Shown: positions 1 through 11,210, numbered from the stretch's first letter. The stretch is 64,000 bases of DNA from an uncultured Methanosarcinales archaeon (GCA_964535955.1 CAZHVK010000004.1:70222-134221); one strand, 5' to 3'. The notes: a model not told the origin generated them from the sequence alone. A program made the numbers and translations.

Positions 1-378
1 AGAATATTTAACAATTTATTTTGTGAAAAAGTAAAACCTATAGAAAGTAAAGATGAATTAGAAAAATACAAGGGTTTTGTTCTACTAAATGGAGTTTATG
101 TCAAAGATGTTAAAACAAGACATAAAAGAGAACACAGCCCAACTATTATTGGCCCTGATGGCAGGTTTGATAAATATTATACACTTTTTGACTGTGATTT
201 TAAAGGACAAAAACTAAAAGTTGTTTCAATTGATGAGGATATGTTTATGGGAAATACTGCCAAGGATGCTGTTAAAAAATTACTTTCATTAAAAGGCTCA
301 TATGTTTATTTAGGTGGTAAGGTTCGAAATAATCAAAATATGTTATTATATTCTTTTGGAAAAGCTTTAGAAAGGTGA
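1..378 (+). CDS. partial hypothetical protein (5' end outside window)
   Basis: Frame 1 is open from base 1 to TGA at 376-378; next gene starts 8 nt later. Confidence 0.6.
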   Translation, partial: RIFNNLFCEKVKPIESKDELEKYKGFVLLNGVYVKDVKTRHKREHSPTIIGPDGRFDKYYTLFDCDFKGQKLKVVSIDEDMFMGNTAKDAVKKLLSLKGSYVYLGGKVRNNQNMLLYSFGKALER

Positions 379-386
379 AATAAAGA

Positions 387-731
387 ATGGCACAACACTA
401 TAAACTAAAAGTAGGACAAAACTTGATGAAGTATTATGAAGAATTTAAAGAATCATGGATTAAAGAATTAATTGACATATTTAGAGGCACACCATCTGAA
501 CATGGAATCCAGGATCTTGTCTATTGTGGAATGTCACCAGAAGAATCTACTATTGAATTAAACATAAGCCATTATCAAGACGAAATAATGAAAGAAAGAC
601 ATATTCCTGTACATTATCCTGCAGATGCTAAAAAGATCACAGTAAATCATTATACATATAGAATAATAAGTGTAACACCAGAAGAACTTATTTTAGAATA
701 CATAATTAAGGAGAAAAATGAAAAATGCTAG
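387..731 (+). CDS. hypothetical protein
   Basis: 114-aa ORF with AGGTGA SD upstream; overlaps next gene. Confidence 0.65.
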   Translation: MAQHYKLKVGQNLMKYYEEFKESWIKELIDIFRGTPSEHGIQDLVYCGMSPEESTIELNISHYQDEIMKERHIPVHYPADAKKITVNHYTYRIISVTPEELILEYIIKEKNEKC

Positions 732-1135
732 ACATAGACACAATTTTAAACACAATGGCACAAACAAATCCATACTTAGCAAGCAATGCATGGAGGTCTA
801 TCGTAGGTTTTGGAACAGGCTTACTTTGTGGAATGATGGATATGTCATATAACAGAGCAAACAGAAGGATGACTAGGTGTTACTTAGATAAGAACACATT
901 CCACCAACTTGGCTTTGCAACTCTTATGGAAATTTCATCAAATGCTTTCATATATTTTGGAGGATTTGCAGAAAAAGCAAGCAAATATATGGTTAACCAA
1001 CACTTAGCAGACGATCTTGGTGGAATTATTGGTTTTATGTGTGGTTTTAAATTAGCACAAGCAGGAGATTACATAATAAAACAAGGTGAACAAGATTATC
1101 TGAAAAATCAAAAATCTCAGATTCAAGGTGAATAA
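725..1135 (+). CDS. hypothetical membrane protein
   Basis: Gly-rich hydrophobic segments; AGGAG SD. Confidence 0.6.
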   Translation: MLDIDTILNTMAQTNPYLASNAWRSIVGFGTGLLCGMMDMSYNRANRRMTRCYLDKNTFHQLGFATLMEISSNAFIYFGGFAEKASKYMVNQHLADDLGGIIGFMCGFKLAQAGDYIIKQGEQDYLKNQKSQIQGE

Positions 1136-1318
1136 AACATGAAAAAAACACATAAAAACACCTTCTCAAGCCCTCAAACCATCAAATTCATCAATTTCAA
1201 TTACTAACAAAAGCCCTAAACAAGGCTTCATTTACTACTTTAAAGTGACTAAAAATCAAAACATTTATATACTCCTTCTACACACTATATCCTATATAAC
1301 TATATATAAGGTGATAAT

Positions 1319-2074
1319 ATGAGAATTGCAAGAAATCTTATGGATGATAGGATAAAAGGTTCATATTTAGGAGTTAAACTAAGTCAAGTATTTGGTTGTT
1401 CTAGTAGAAGATCAAATTATAGAACACAAGACAAATACAAGACAAAAAAAGACAAAACAAAGTATGAAGTAAATCCATGCTTTGCAAAACCTGTTTATGA
1501 TTCTTTAGAAAGCATGTTTAATGGCACTGAAGATGAATTTGGTGCAGATAATGTCTTTCAAACATTAGTATTAAAAGACATGGGTTCTGCAGTAGAACAT
1601 TTTTCATTAGAAGATTATATTACAAAAGCATCAAAAGTACAAAAACAAGAACACAAGTTTGAAATACAAGGAAACAGCGACAAGACAGAATACATCTTAG
1701 ACTTTGGCAGAGAAGATATTGAACTTAAAGTTATCTATGAAAAAGGTAAAGATACAAGAATTCAGATTTCTAATCTTGCTTTTATTGATGAGATAACATT
1801 AGAATATCAAGTAGATCAAGATGGTAAAGTTAAGATAGTAGACAATGCTGGTTATAAAGACAAAGAAGCAATGACTGTTTTAGATGTTTACAAAGCATTC
1901 TTGTTAAGAGAAATACCAAATAAGTCATTCAAAGATTATACTTATAACTTAAACAGAGATGCATACACTTCTGAAAAACCAAAATCACAGAAACATCCAC
2001 AATTAGTTGTAGTAGGACCAAACTTAGTTTTAGAAAAACAGAAAGAAAAAGAAAAGATTTTTCCACAGATTTAA
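1319..2074 (+). CDS. hypothetical protein
   Basis: 251-aa ORF; AGGTGA SD; TTTATATA box near 1265. Confidence 0.7.
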   Translation: MRIARNLMDDRIKGSYLGVKLSQVFGCSSRRSNYRTQDKYKTKKDKTKYEVNPCFAKPVYDSLESMFNGTEDEFGADNVFQTLVLKDMGSAVEHFSLEDYITKASKVQKQEHKFEIQGNSDKTEYILDFGREDIELKVIYEKGKDTRIQISNLAFIDEITLEYQVDQDGKVKIVDNAGYKDKEAMTVLDVYKAFLLREIPNKSFKDYTYNLNRDAYTSEKPKSQKHPQLVVVGPNLVLEKQKEKEKIFPQI

Positions 2075-2130
2075 TTTTTAAAACATTTTTTTAGTTTTAA
2101 CATTTTTTCACAAAACAACAACAAACAAAA

Positions 2131-4212
2131 ATGAACTTAACAAACATAGTAAAAAGAGGCTGGAACAGTTTAGCCAAGAATTGGAAAAACACTGCAATAG
2201 TTTCACTTACAATTCCAATCATTGCGACAAGCACAATTGGTTATGCAATGAATTTTGGTGCTCAGTTAAAAAGAGATCAAGAAATACAAAGAATTCTTAC
2301 ATTATACAATCAGTTAGTAGAATTGAATTTTAGAACAGACTTTGATGATACTCTTAATGCAAGAATAAGCATAAACTATTTATTGAATTCAGATTCTTAT
2401 CAAGATAGGATAAATGAGATTGCAAGACTTAGAAAAGAGGTTAATGTAGAAGTATATAAATTAAAAACAAGGATTGACCATACAACAGGCATAGAACTAG
2501 AACAAGGACTTAGACAAATGAATCTTTTCACACCAGTTAAAGAAAGATCAACAGATCCAAACAGAGAAAAAGATGATGATTATGATATATTTGGAGAAGT
2601 ATATGATGATTTTGATCATACACAAGGAGAAAATATTTATCTAGAACAATTAACAGATGCTTTTTATAAAGAACACAAAGGCAAGACAGTAAGTGTAGGA
2701 AATAATTATACAATTAACATAAGTCAATTAAATGAGAAAGATGTTGAACCTATTGGTGAAGAAATATCAGTAACAGGGGTTGGTTTAACAATGAAATATG
2801 CAGTTATTGATGCATTATCAAGAATGAATGATATGCATGCAACAAGTAATTATCAGATGTTTGATATTATGGATAATGGTTTACAAGTTGGTTTTCTTGA
2901 GATGACTGGTAATTGTATAAAAGATTTTAAATTATATCCTCAACATAAAAAAATAGATGTTGGAGAAGACAATGGTGAAAGAGTCATAGTATATGAAGTT
3001 CTAGTAACAGGAAAACCAGGCAAGATAAAAAACATTCCATTGAATAAGGTGACAACTGTTAAGTTTTTGATAGAAGAACCAAAAGTAAGAAGAAATTTAG
3101 TAAGAAAGATAGATAAATCTAAATTAAGATCAAGTTCTGATTTCACTTTTTCTTATAATCTAAGAGATAAAGAAAGATTGGGTCATAATCCTAATCAAGA
3201 AGATATTATATATCTTGATTCTGATAAACTAGAAAATGGACAATTAGATTTTGTACATAATCATTTTGATGATGAAGAATACTTACTTGGACTTCAAAGA
3301 GACACACTTAACCATTCTGTTGATTTTCAACAGTTTAAGACAATCCCTACACCACAAATAACAAGAAAAACAAAAACAAGAAACCAAAAACAAGTAGAAA
3401 TACAAGACTTAGGAGAATTATTTGATGAAATATTTGAATTTTATTGGATGAGATATGGCGAACCATTCGGAGTCAGACTGGTTGACCTAGTAAAAGATGA
3501 GCCACAAGTAGAACAGATAGCAGGAAAATATACAACAAAAAAACTAAAAAAACACACTAAAAAAGGAATAAAGAGTTTATTAGACAGGCTTTACATAGGA
3601 AACAAACCAAAATCAGGATTTACAACAACAGCTGATAAAGGTAAAAACATTATTGATAAAATGAATAAAGACAAATATGAAAGTGTTTATGTTTCTTATG
3701 ATAGTGATTATAATCTCGGCGGGATTATGACAGTTGAAACATTGAATTATGATTCACAAGTATTTGAACAATTCAAACCAACAATTGAACAAAAACTAGA
3801 GGATATTGGTTTTGATAGAACAAGACCTGTAATCATAGTTGAATTATACACAGACAATGATGAGGAATCACACACAGAACACTTAATAAACAGATTTTCA
3901 CAAGATTATCAAGACGCAATCATATTTTCAACAGTCATAACAGATAATAAAGAATCATTAAGAATGCATGAAAGAACAGGTGAAAGATTAACACAAACAA
4001 CTATACAAAGACCTGAAAAATATATTCAAGATAATTTTAATGGTGAGCTAACATATGCTTTGTACATGCATGATAATCAAAAGCTAAGAAAAAAAACATC
4101 TTTAGGTAGAATGCTTAGGAAAAAAGCAAAACAAGAAATAAAAGCAGCTTACAAAGGTATGAAAGATTTAGCAAGATATTGTAGACAAGCAGTATCTTCA
4201 CAATTTGCTTAG
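2131..4212 (+). CDS. membrane-anchored hypothetical protein with possible C-terminal GNAT-like domain
   Basis: N-terminal TM helix; STVITDNKESLRMHERTG resembles the GNAT N-x-x-S-x-x-x-H-x-x-x-G motif. Confidence 0.5.
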   Translation: MNLTNIVKRGWNSLAKNWKNTAIVSLTIPIIATSTIGYAMNFGAQLKRDQEIQRILTLYNQLVELNFRTDFDDTLNARISINYLLNSDSYQDRINEIARLRKEVNVEVYKLKTRIDHTTGIELEQGLRQMNLFTPVKERSTDPNREKDDDYDIFGEVYDDFDHTQGENIYLEQLTDAFYKEHKGKTVSVGNNYTINISQLNEKDVEPIGEEISVTGVGLTMKYAVIDALSRMNDMHATSNYQMFDIMDNGLQVGFLEMTGNCIKDFKLYPQHKKIDVGEDNGERVIVYEVLVTGKPGKIKNIPLNKVTTVKFLIEEPKVRRNLVRKIDKSKLRSSSDFTFSYNLRDKERLGHNPNQEDIIYLDSDKLENGQLDFVHNHFDDEEYLLGLQRDTLNHSVDFQQFKTIPTPQITRKTKTRNQKQVEIQDLGELFDEIFEFYWMRYGEPFGVRLVDLVKDEPQVEQIAGKYTTKKLKKHTKKGIKSLLDRLYIGNKPKSGFTTTADKGKNIIDKMNKDKYESVYVSYDSDYNLGGIMTVETLNYDSQVFEQFKPTIEQKLEDIGFDRTRPVIIVELYTDNDEESHTEHLINRFSQDYQDAIIFSTVITDNKESLRMHERTGERLTQTTIQRPEKYIQDNFNGELTYALYMHDNQKLRKKTSLGRMLRKKAKQEIKAAYKGMKDLARYCRQAVSSQFA

Positions 4213-5192
4213 ATCAGATCCAAAGCAACACCAAAATCTTCTTTTAATTCTTTGAACAACATCAATGGTTTTATTTCTTTTATCATTCCAGGAAATTCAT
4301 GCCTCATCTTTTGAATCAGGTCTTGTAATTCAATCATTTTTCTAAACTCAACTCTTGTAGTAATGTTCCATTTACCAATAGTAAAGCTTATGCTGTTGAT
4401 ATTATCATGTTGTTTACAAAATCTTATTAATTTTTTTTCTTCATGTTCTGACAAGTTTCTAAAATCAATCAATAGTTTATACCTGTGCACATCTAGTTTA
4501 TCAGGATCATCTAATACAGAATAACCAGCAATAACACCTTGTTTTTGCATTCTTTTTATTCTAAATGCAATTGTCCTTAATGGTATTTCTAATTCCTTAT
4601 TCAATTCCACCAGACCAAGCCTTGAATTAGTTGCTAATAATCGCAATATATCTTTGTCCAATTGATCTAGGTGAACAATACTCTTCTTACCAGCATATTC
4701 TTTATGTTTTTCTTTTTTTACTTTAATATCTTTAAGATAATATGGCAAGAATTGGTGTGAATTTAGTCTAGGACTTATATAATAATCTTCTACTTCATCA
4801 TCTATATCATTTAATACTTGTTTAAACACCTCATTGGTGGATATGATATCTTTTCCACCTATTATAAAGAACAGATCATATTCTCCACCTACTAAAGCAA
4901 TATAACCTATTTTCTTATTATTTATTAGATTGTCTAAAACATGTTTTTCATGCCTATCTTTTTTTGTTTTTAGTTTTAGATATATTACAGAATGATACTT
5001 TATGCCTAGTCTAGATAAGTTGATAATTGTTCTAAATGTTTTGATTATTCCTTTATCTATTAAATTCTTTATTCTATAATTAACAACTTGTTTGCTCAAC
5101 CTGACTTTCTTAGCAATAGATGAATCACTTTGTCTAGAGTTAACAAATAAATTTGCTAATATCTTCATATCTTTTTTATCAATCTTGTTCAT
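4209..5192 (-). CDS. tandem (double) Lrp/AsnC family transcriptional regulator
   Basis: Two HTH+RAM units: IDKKDMKILANLFVNSR and LDQLDKDILRLLATNSR. Confidence 0.85.
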   Translation of the reverse strand: MNKIDKKDMKILANLFVNSRQSDSSIAKKVRLSKQVVNYRIKNLIDKGIIKTFRTIINLSRLGIKYHSVIYLKLKTKKDRHEKHVLDNLINNKKIGYIALVGGEYDLFFIIGGKDIISTNEVFKQVLNDIDDEVEDYYISPRLNSHQFLPYYLKDIKVKKEKHKEYAGKKSIVHLDQLDKDILRLLATNSRLGLVELNKELEIPLRTIAFRIKRMQKQGVIAGYSVLDDPDKLDVHRYKLLIDFRNLSEHEEKKLIRFCKQHDNINSISFTIGKWNITTRVEFRKMIELQDLIQKMRHEFPGMIKEIKPLMLFKELKEDFGVALDLI

Positions 5193-5335
5193 ATTTGACA
5201 GTATACAGTAACTAGTATATAAATCTTACGTTTTGTAAACAAAATCTATGAAAATCTTTAAATAAAGCAAAATATCTCCACTATATAATGACAAAAAGAG
5301 TGATAGAATACAAAAATCAAGAAGGTGAAAACAAA

Positions 5336-6019
5336 ATGGAAAGAAAAAAAACAAATTCAATAATCAACCTGTACTTAATACTGATGACTTTTTGTGCAGG
5401 AGCTTTTACAGGACATTGCCTGACTAAATACAACCAAAGGTCAAAAAGACCTGTTGCAGCACAATCAGTTCAAGTGTCTGGTCAAACAACAGAAATAAGA
5501 CCACAATATCCACAAGAATTCACATTAGATATGGTTGCTCAAGGTAAATATCATAAGATTGATACTGATCAAGACGGAGATTGGGATTATAATATTACTG
5601 TTAGTTCTGATCCAGAAACTGGTGACGATCGTTTTGTATTTTGGGAGCATGATGATCATGGAAATACAATAAGCTGTACATTCAAAGACAAAGATCTTAA
5701 TCCAATACAAAGGACAATATATGGAGCAGATATTGAGCTTAAAGATTCAAAATATATGAGTGTTGACCTTACTTACAGGATCAAGACAGTTGATGGTGTA
5801 GAATCAGAAACATTAAGTAAAATAGACACTAAAACATATGAAAGATTTGGTGACAAAGGAAAGATTCTTAGATATGTGTCAGAATCTTTATATGAAGATG
5901 GAACTACATGGGCTTTTTCTGATCTTGATTTTGTTACTGGTGCTCACAGAACAGTTTTTTATGATGAAGATGGCACTGTTAAAGAGGAAAGGTTAGATAC
6001 AATAGATGTTGATGAATAA
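5336..6019 (+). CDS. membrane-anchored hypothetical protein
   Basis: GGTGA SD before ATG 5336; single N-terminal TM; DTDQDGDWD Ca-loop-like motif. Confidence 0.6.
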   Translation: MERKKTNSIINLYLILMTFCAGAFTGHCLTKYNQRSKRPVAAQSVQVSGQTTEIRPQYPQEFTLDMVAQGKYHKIDTDQDGDWDYNITVSSDPETGDDRFVFWEHDDHGNTISCTFKDKDLNPIQRTIYGADIELKDSKYMSVDLTYRIKTVDGVESETLSKIDTKTYERFGDKGKILRYVSESLYEDGTTWAFSDLDFVTGAHRTVFYDEDGTVKEERLDTIDVDE

Positions 6020-6032
6020 AGGTGAAAACAAA

Positions 6033-6269
6033 ATGACAAAAAAATATAATATTAAAGACTACCTAGACCAGACAAAGGTTAGTTTAGCAAATGTCGCAGG
6101 AGTTGGAAGTTTATTTGGAATGGCTGCAGCATATGCTCATTCTGATGATAACTTGCTAATGGTTATGACAGGAACTTTGATAGCTTCAAATGTAATGAAA
6201 GGTGTTGATTACATAAAAGCATACTGCAATATGCAAGCTGATTTTTATAATAATGAAAAAAGTGAATAA
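6033..6269 (+). CDS. small membrane protein
   Basis: GGTGA SD before ATG 6033; two hydrophobic segments. Confidence 0.6.
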   Translation: MTKKYNIKDYLDQTKVSLANVAGVGSLFGMAAAYAHSDDNLLMVMTGTLIASNVMKGVDYIKAYCNMQADFYNNEKSE

Positions 6270-6272
6270 AAA

Positions 6273-6680
6273 ATGACTAACCTAGAAAACAAAATAGACA
6301 AAGAAAACAAAAAAGACAAACCAGAAATTAATGTTTTTGGTGTTTTGACAGTAGGTCTTGCATCAGTTGTTTTAACAATATGCGGGCTTTACATTGGGCT
6401 TGAGATGTATGAAACTGGAAGACATGCCAAAGTAAGACCAATAAAAGAATCTCTTTGGGATATCAAGGTTGCGAGAAGTTGTGATGAAAAAGACTATGGA
6501 TTCAATGCTTATATGGATGAAAAAACAGGAGAAATAATCTACTTAGATGAAAATCAAAGACTAGTAGATTCAGACGCACCACCAGGCATAGAATCAAGAG
6601 AAAAAGGAACATATTTTTCAGAAGAAGATTTGATAGATGACTGGAAATTCATAGGTAATAAGGAGTTGGATCAAGAATGA
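6273..6680 (+). CDS. membrane-anchored hypothetical protein
   Basis: MTNLENK start, single TM. Confidence 0.65.
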   Translation: MTNLENKIDKENKKDKPEINVFGVLTVGLASVVLTICGLYIGLEMYETGRHAKVRPIKESLWDIKVARSCDEKDYGFNAYMDEKTGEIIYLDENQRLVDSDAPPGIESREKGTYFSEEDLIDDWKFIGNKELDQE

Positions 6681-7987
6681 CAGACCTAGAAAACAAACTA
6701 GGATCAGAAGACCAGGACAAAACAGATCCAGAACTTTGGAAAGACATTTGTACAACCTTGATAAGTGGCTTAGTAATAGCAGCAGTAACTTTTTGTGCAT
6801 GTTACTTTGGTTCTGAATTCTACAAAAAAAGACCAGTACAATCATTCACTACAGATTCACAATACTCAGAACTAAGAACAAGACATAACAACAGAGTTCT
6901 TGAATACACAGACAAAAACAGAGACAATGATCCAGACACATTAAGAATAATAAAAAAAAACAAACTAGAAAAAGTTCTTGATCAAGAACAGATGACACCT
7001 CAACAAAGACAAACATACACTAAAGAAAGAGACAGATTAGTTCAGTATCATGTAGATAGATTCTTAGAACTTGGAACAGGAAAACTAGAAGCAAAACTAA
7101 TCAGTATAAGCAAAACAAGTAAGACAGACAAACATGGAGGAGATAAAAAGAGTTCAATAATAATTATCCATGACAAACTAGGTGGTAAATATATTGCTCA
7201 CCAGCGTGACGGCATAACAACAAACTTTTATTTTGGTGGTGAAGATCAAAAACAAAAAATAAGGATTAATTCCAATCATTCACAACAAATAACCAATATT
7301 ATAAAAGACATTACATCAAAAATAACAGAACACCACATAAAACAAACAAGTGTGTTTACAACAGACAAAATACTAAACAATCCAAACAACAGACTTACTT
7401 ACCAATCATTTGGTAATAAAGACCCAGCAATGAACCATTTCTTGACAAGATCTATTAATGAACGTTTTAAATTTTTTGGACCTATACTAGCACAGATGAA
7501 CATTGATTTGGAACAAGGTTATGCATTTTTCCTTGATGATAACAATGATAATAAACTGGATGGATTTTATCTAAGATACAGTTTACCAGACAATCCTAAT
7601 GTCACTTACTGTATAGAATGTATTGGTGAGCAAGCAGCAGAGACAGCAGCAGGTATTTTTTACAAAAAAACAAGAGATGAATTCATTAAATCACATGTTG
7701 ATCAATGTTTAGAAATCTTAGGAAATTCAAATTCTTATCCAGAGCCCAGACAAAAACAAGGTTTTGTAGAAGTTTATGCACACAATGATCAACAAAACCT
7801 TAATTATGTAGCACTAAGAACAGATGGATCAGGAACAACAACTTATTTCAAAGCAAGAAGAGGTAGTGACATGAATGATCATGCAGTTTTTATATGCAAT
7901 GATAAAACACCACACATGCGTGCTTTGATAGGTAATATTGTTGATAAAAGAACAGATCAGGTTGAAGAAAAATACAAAGGTGAATAA
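6677..7987 (+). CDS. membrane-anchored hypothetical protein
   Basis: MTDLENK start, single TM, two DxNxDxxxD loops. Confidence 0.7.
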   Translation: MTDLENKLGSEDQDKTDPELWKDICTTLISGLVIAAVTFCACYFGSEFYKKRPVQSFTTDSQYSELRTRHNNRVLEYTDKNRDNDPDTLRIIKKNKLEKVLDQEQMTPQQRQTYTKERDRLVQYHVDRFLELGTGKLEAKLISISKTSKTDKHGGDKKSSIIIIHDKLGGKYIAHQRDGITTNFYFGGEDQKQKIRINSNHSQQITNIIKDITSKITEHHIKQTSVFTTDKILNNPNNRLTYQSFGNKDPAMNHFLTRSINERFKFFGPILAQMNIDLEQGYAFFLDDNNDNKLDGFYLRYSLPDNPNVTYCIECIGEQAAETAAGIFYKKTRDEFIKSHVDQCLEILGNSNSYPEPRQKQGFVEVYAHNDQQNLNYVALRTDGSGTTTYFKARRGSDMNDHAVFICNDKTPHMRALIGNIVDKRTDQVEEKYKGE

Positions 7988-7989
7988 AA

Positions 7990-8664
7990 ATGCTCAACCT
8001 ATTCAAACCAAAAGACTATTTATCATCATCAGATGCATTAGATGCATTAGTAGTTCTTGCACTAGGCAAAGACATTGAGATATTTAATGGAAAAAGACAA
8101 GGAAAGATATTAGAACTTTTGCCAGACTTTACAACAAAACTTTTTGAACATAATAAAAATAATAAAAATATATTTTATAGGGTCAGAGACAGAACATTAT
8201 TCAGATCACACAGACCAACAGATAAGAATGCATTTGGCTTAAAGGTAGTTCCTGTTAAAAGATTAAGTGATGTAGACCCTTATAAATTTGATCATAGGGA
8301 AACTTTATTTTTCTTTAATAATTATGTTGTCAATAATCTGTCTCGTGCAATGGATTTTGGTAGAGATGAACATGGAAAAATTATCCTAGGGTCAGGTCCA
8401 TTAACATCAGAAGATGAGATCACTTTCCCAAGTTCACAATGTTGCTACCAATCACTTTTTCTTGAAGGAGATTTTAATAGTGAATACCTAGAATCAAGAG
8501 TAGAGACAAGGGACAAAAGATTTTGCAAAGATCTAAGAACAATCCAAAAACAGGATCATATATTTTTATTAGGTTATTTTAATGCATATGTTGGATCTTG
8601 GCAAGGCATGACAATTGTTGAGTTTGGTTCTGCTTTGAAAAAAGACTACTCTACTTCAACCTAA
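7990..8664 (+). CDS. hypothetical protein
   Basis: 224-aa ORF with GGTGA SD. Confidence 0.65.
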   Translation: MLNLFKPKDYLSSSDALDALVVLALGKDIEIFNGKRQGKILELLPDFTTKLFEHNKNNKNIFYRVRDRTLFRSHRPTDKNAFGLKVVPVKRLSDVDPYKFDHRETLFFFNNYVVNNLSRAMDFGRDEHGKIILGSGPLTSEDEITFPSSQCCYQSLFLEGDFNSEYLESRVETRDKRFCKDLRTIQKQDHIFLLGYFNAYVGSWQGMTIVEFGSALKKDYSTST

Positions 8665-10543
8665 TTGCTTCTAAATCCCTTGGACAAGTAGTTTCTAACC
8701 TAAACTGTTTATGCAAAGAAGAAGCTAAATCTAAACAACGAGAATTCTCACCATGATTAATTATGATCTTTCTAGGTCTTGGATCACATTTTTTAACAAA
8801 ATTAATCAATTCATTTCTATCAGCATGATTAGATATCTCAAGAGCACTATGAACTTGCATTTTTAGTTCTAACACATCTGTTCTTTGTCCATCTCTAAAT
8901 GCAATTTCTCTTTCACCTCTTTGAATACGTCTACCCATTGATCCTTCTCCTTGGTAACATGAAAATATCAAAGAATGTTTTTCATCAAAACCTAATTCTC
9001 TAAGATATTGCACAGATGGTCCTCCAACAAGCATACCTGAAGTAGCCAATATAACACAAGGCTTTTTTTCAAGTATCAAATCTTTTCTTTCTTTTTGTGA
9101 ACCAACTCTTTTAAAGATTGGAGATAAAAAAGGATTATTATCTTTATGAAATATTTGTTTAGTTATCTGCCTGTTCAAGAACTCAGGATAAGCAGTATGA
9201 ATAGCTGTAATATCCCAGACCATTCCATCAATATAAACAGGAACAGGTTTAATTTCTTTATTACTTACCATTGATTCAATCATCATCATTATTTCCTGTG
9301 CACGACCAGATCCTAGAACAGGCATCAAAACTTTACCTTTTCTAGCTAATGTATCCATCATGACTTTTTTAAGTTGTTTTTCAGATTCAAGCCTAGAAAT
9401 CAAAATATTTTCTCTTCCACCATATGTTGATTCCATCATAAGGGTTTCTAATCTAGGAAATTTATAAGCACAACCTTCTAATAATTGAGACCTATTAAGT
9501 TTAAGATCTCCTGTATATACAATATTATGCAAACCATTTCCAACATGAAGGTGTGCCATTGCAGAGCCAAGTATGTGCCCTGCATTGTACAATGTTAGTC
9601 TTACATCAGGTGTTACATCTGAAACTTCTTCATAATCTAAACAAATAGTGTGTTTAACCATTTCTTTTATATCATCAGTATCATATATTGGATTTTTACC
9701 TTCATTCTTCATTATCTTTACAGTATCTAATTGTAATAAAGACATCACATCACGGGTTGGTAAAGTACAATAAACAGGACCTTTGTAACCATACTTAAAA
9801 AGATAAGGCACCATACCACTATGATCAATATGAGAATGAGTAACTATTACAGCATCGAGTTCATTTATATTAAACTCAGGAGATTCTAAAAATGGATAAG
9901 CATGTTGTTCAGATGCAACATTTATTCCACAATCTAATAACACTCTTGACTCTGGTGTTTGTAAAAATAAACATGAACGGCCAACTTCTCTTGCACCACC
10001 AAGATAAGTTACCCTTATCCATTCTTGTTTCCTTCCGCGAATCCAACCATCATATATCCTGTGTCCTGATTTGTTAAGAAACTTTCTTCTTTCATCTGAA
10101 TTTTGATAAAGAACAGCACGAATGTTTTCAATTAATTTTGATCTTATTGATGGTGTTCTTTTTATCAAAGGCACCCATAATGTCTTACTTCTTATTTGCC
10201 TTAATAGTGAACCCTGCTTACCAATTGCTAATCCTGGCTTTTCAGCATGAATAATGACTTCAGATCTTTGTGAGTCAAAAATAATATCAGAGACTTTTGC
10301 TTCTTTTGGAATTATTTTTTTTATTTCTTTTTCAGCTTTTTCTATGTCTAAACAAATAGAAGGATCAGGTCTAAGCTCTATTCTTTTTTTAAATTCATCT
10401 ACAACCTTTTTTATTGTTCCTTTATTATCTAAGAAATATTCTTTATATTTAGTATATACAACTATGTTAGCAGCTTCAAAACTAATATCGCTTACTTTAC
10501 CACTAGGCAACCTTTTTGTAATCTCCTTAAGTATGTCCGGCAT
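8651..10543 (-). CDS. fttA: archaeal CPSF1 / FttA beta-CASP ribonuclease (KH + MBL + beta-CASP), transcription termination factor
   Basis: N-terminal KH region, LGGAREVGRS, THSHIDHSG, AGHILGSA, C-terminal HGE; adjacent to psmB as in many archaea. Confidence 0.95.
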   Translation of the reverse strand: MPDILKEITKRLPSGKVSDISFEAANIVVYTKYKEYFLDNKGTIKKVVDEFKKRIELRPDPSICLDIEKAEKEIKKIIPKEAKVSDIIFDSQRSEVIIHAEKPGLAIGKQGSLLRQIRSKTLWVPLIKRTPSIRSKLIENIRAVLYQNSDERRKFLNKSGHRIYDGWIRGRKQEWIRVTYLGGAREVGRSCLFLQTPESRVLLDCGINVASEQHAYPFLESPEFNINELDAVIVTHSHIDHSGMVPYLFKYGYKGPVYCTLPTRDVMSLLQLDTVKIMKNEGKNPIYDTDDIKEMVKHTICLDYEEVSDVTPDVRLTLYNAGHILGSAMAHLHVGNGLHNIVYTGDLKLNRSQLLEGCAYKFPRLETLMMESTYGGRENILISRLESEKQLKKVMMDTLARKGKVLMPVLGSGRAQEIMMMIESMVSNKEIKPVPVYIDGMVWDITAIHTAYPEFLNRQITKQIFHKDNNPFLSPIFKRVGSQKERKDLILEKKPCVILATSGMLVGGPSVQYLRELGFDEKHSLIFSCYQGEGSMGRRIQRGEREIAFRDGQRTDVLELKMQVHSALEISNHADRNELINFVKKCDPRPRKIIINHGENSRCLDLASSLHKQFRLETTCPRDLEAIRLK

Positions 10544-10574
10544 ATTTCTTCTTCTCCTATTTAGGTAGAAAGAT

Positions 10575-11210
10575 TCATTCTTTTAATCTGGTATCAAGTT
10601 CTTTTTCAAGAATTCTTTTAACACCATTTTGGGTAATAGATAAGATATCAATACCATTACCCGAAGCAATATCTCTTTGCATTGCAGCATTTACAGCTTT
10701 TAATGCAAGTTTCATTCCTTCCTCAACTGTTATATCTGGTTTGTATAAAGTTTCTAAAACTCCAAAAGCATACACAGATCCTGATCCTGAACAAGTATAA
10801 TCTTTATGTTCAGATAATGATCCATCTGGAAAAATATCATAAAGTGTAAATCCTAAATGATCAACACCAGCAAACAAGAAGTGTGATATTCCTGGTATTG
10901 TTGAAAACTTCCTTATATTTTGATAAACTAATCCTGCTAATAGATTGGCAGTCTCTTTTACAGTAGGTTCTCTATCAACTCTTAATGATTTTAATTTGAT
11001 TTCTGCTTTTACTAATTTAACCATTAATTGTATATCAGAAACTGTTCCAGCTGTTGTTAAAGCCATTTTATCTGTTATTTCATGTATTTTCTGTTCTTTT
11101 TTATGCATTACTAGGTAGCCAGCAGTAGCTCTTTTATCAGCAGCTAGTATTATTCCATCTTTACATTTTATTCCTATAGTTGTAGTGCCTGTTTTTAGAC
11201 TTTTTTCCAT
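10575..11210 (-). CDS. psmB: proteasome subunit beta
   Basis: KTG/TTT processing site, AADKRAT, GSGS, RDIASG. Confidence 0.97.
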   Translation of the reverse strand: MEKSLKTGTTTIGIKCKDGIILAADKRATAGYLVMHKKEQKIHEITDKMALTTAGTVSDIQLMVKLVKAEIKLKSLRVDREPTVKETANLLAGLVYQNIRKFSTIPGISHFLFAGVDHLGFTLYDIFPDGSLSEHKDYTCSGSGSVYAFGVLETLYKPDITVEEGMKLALKAVNAAMQRDIASGNGIDILSITQNGVKRILEKELDTRLKE

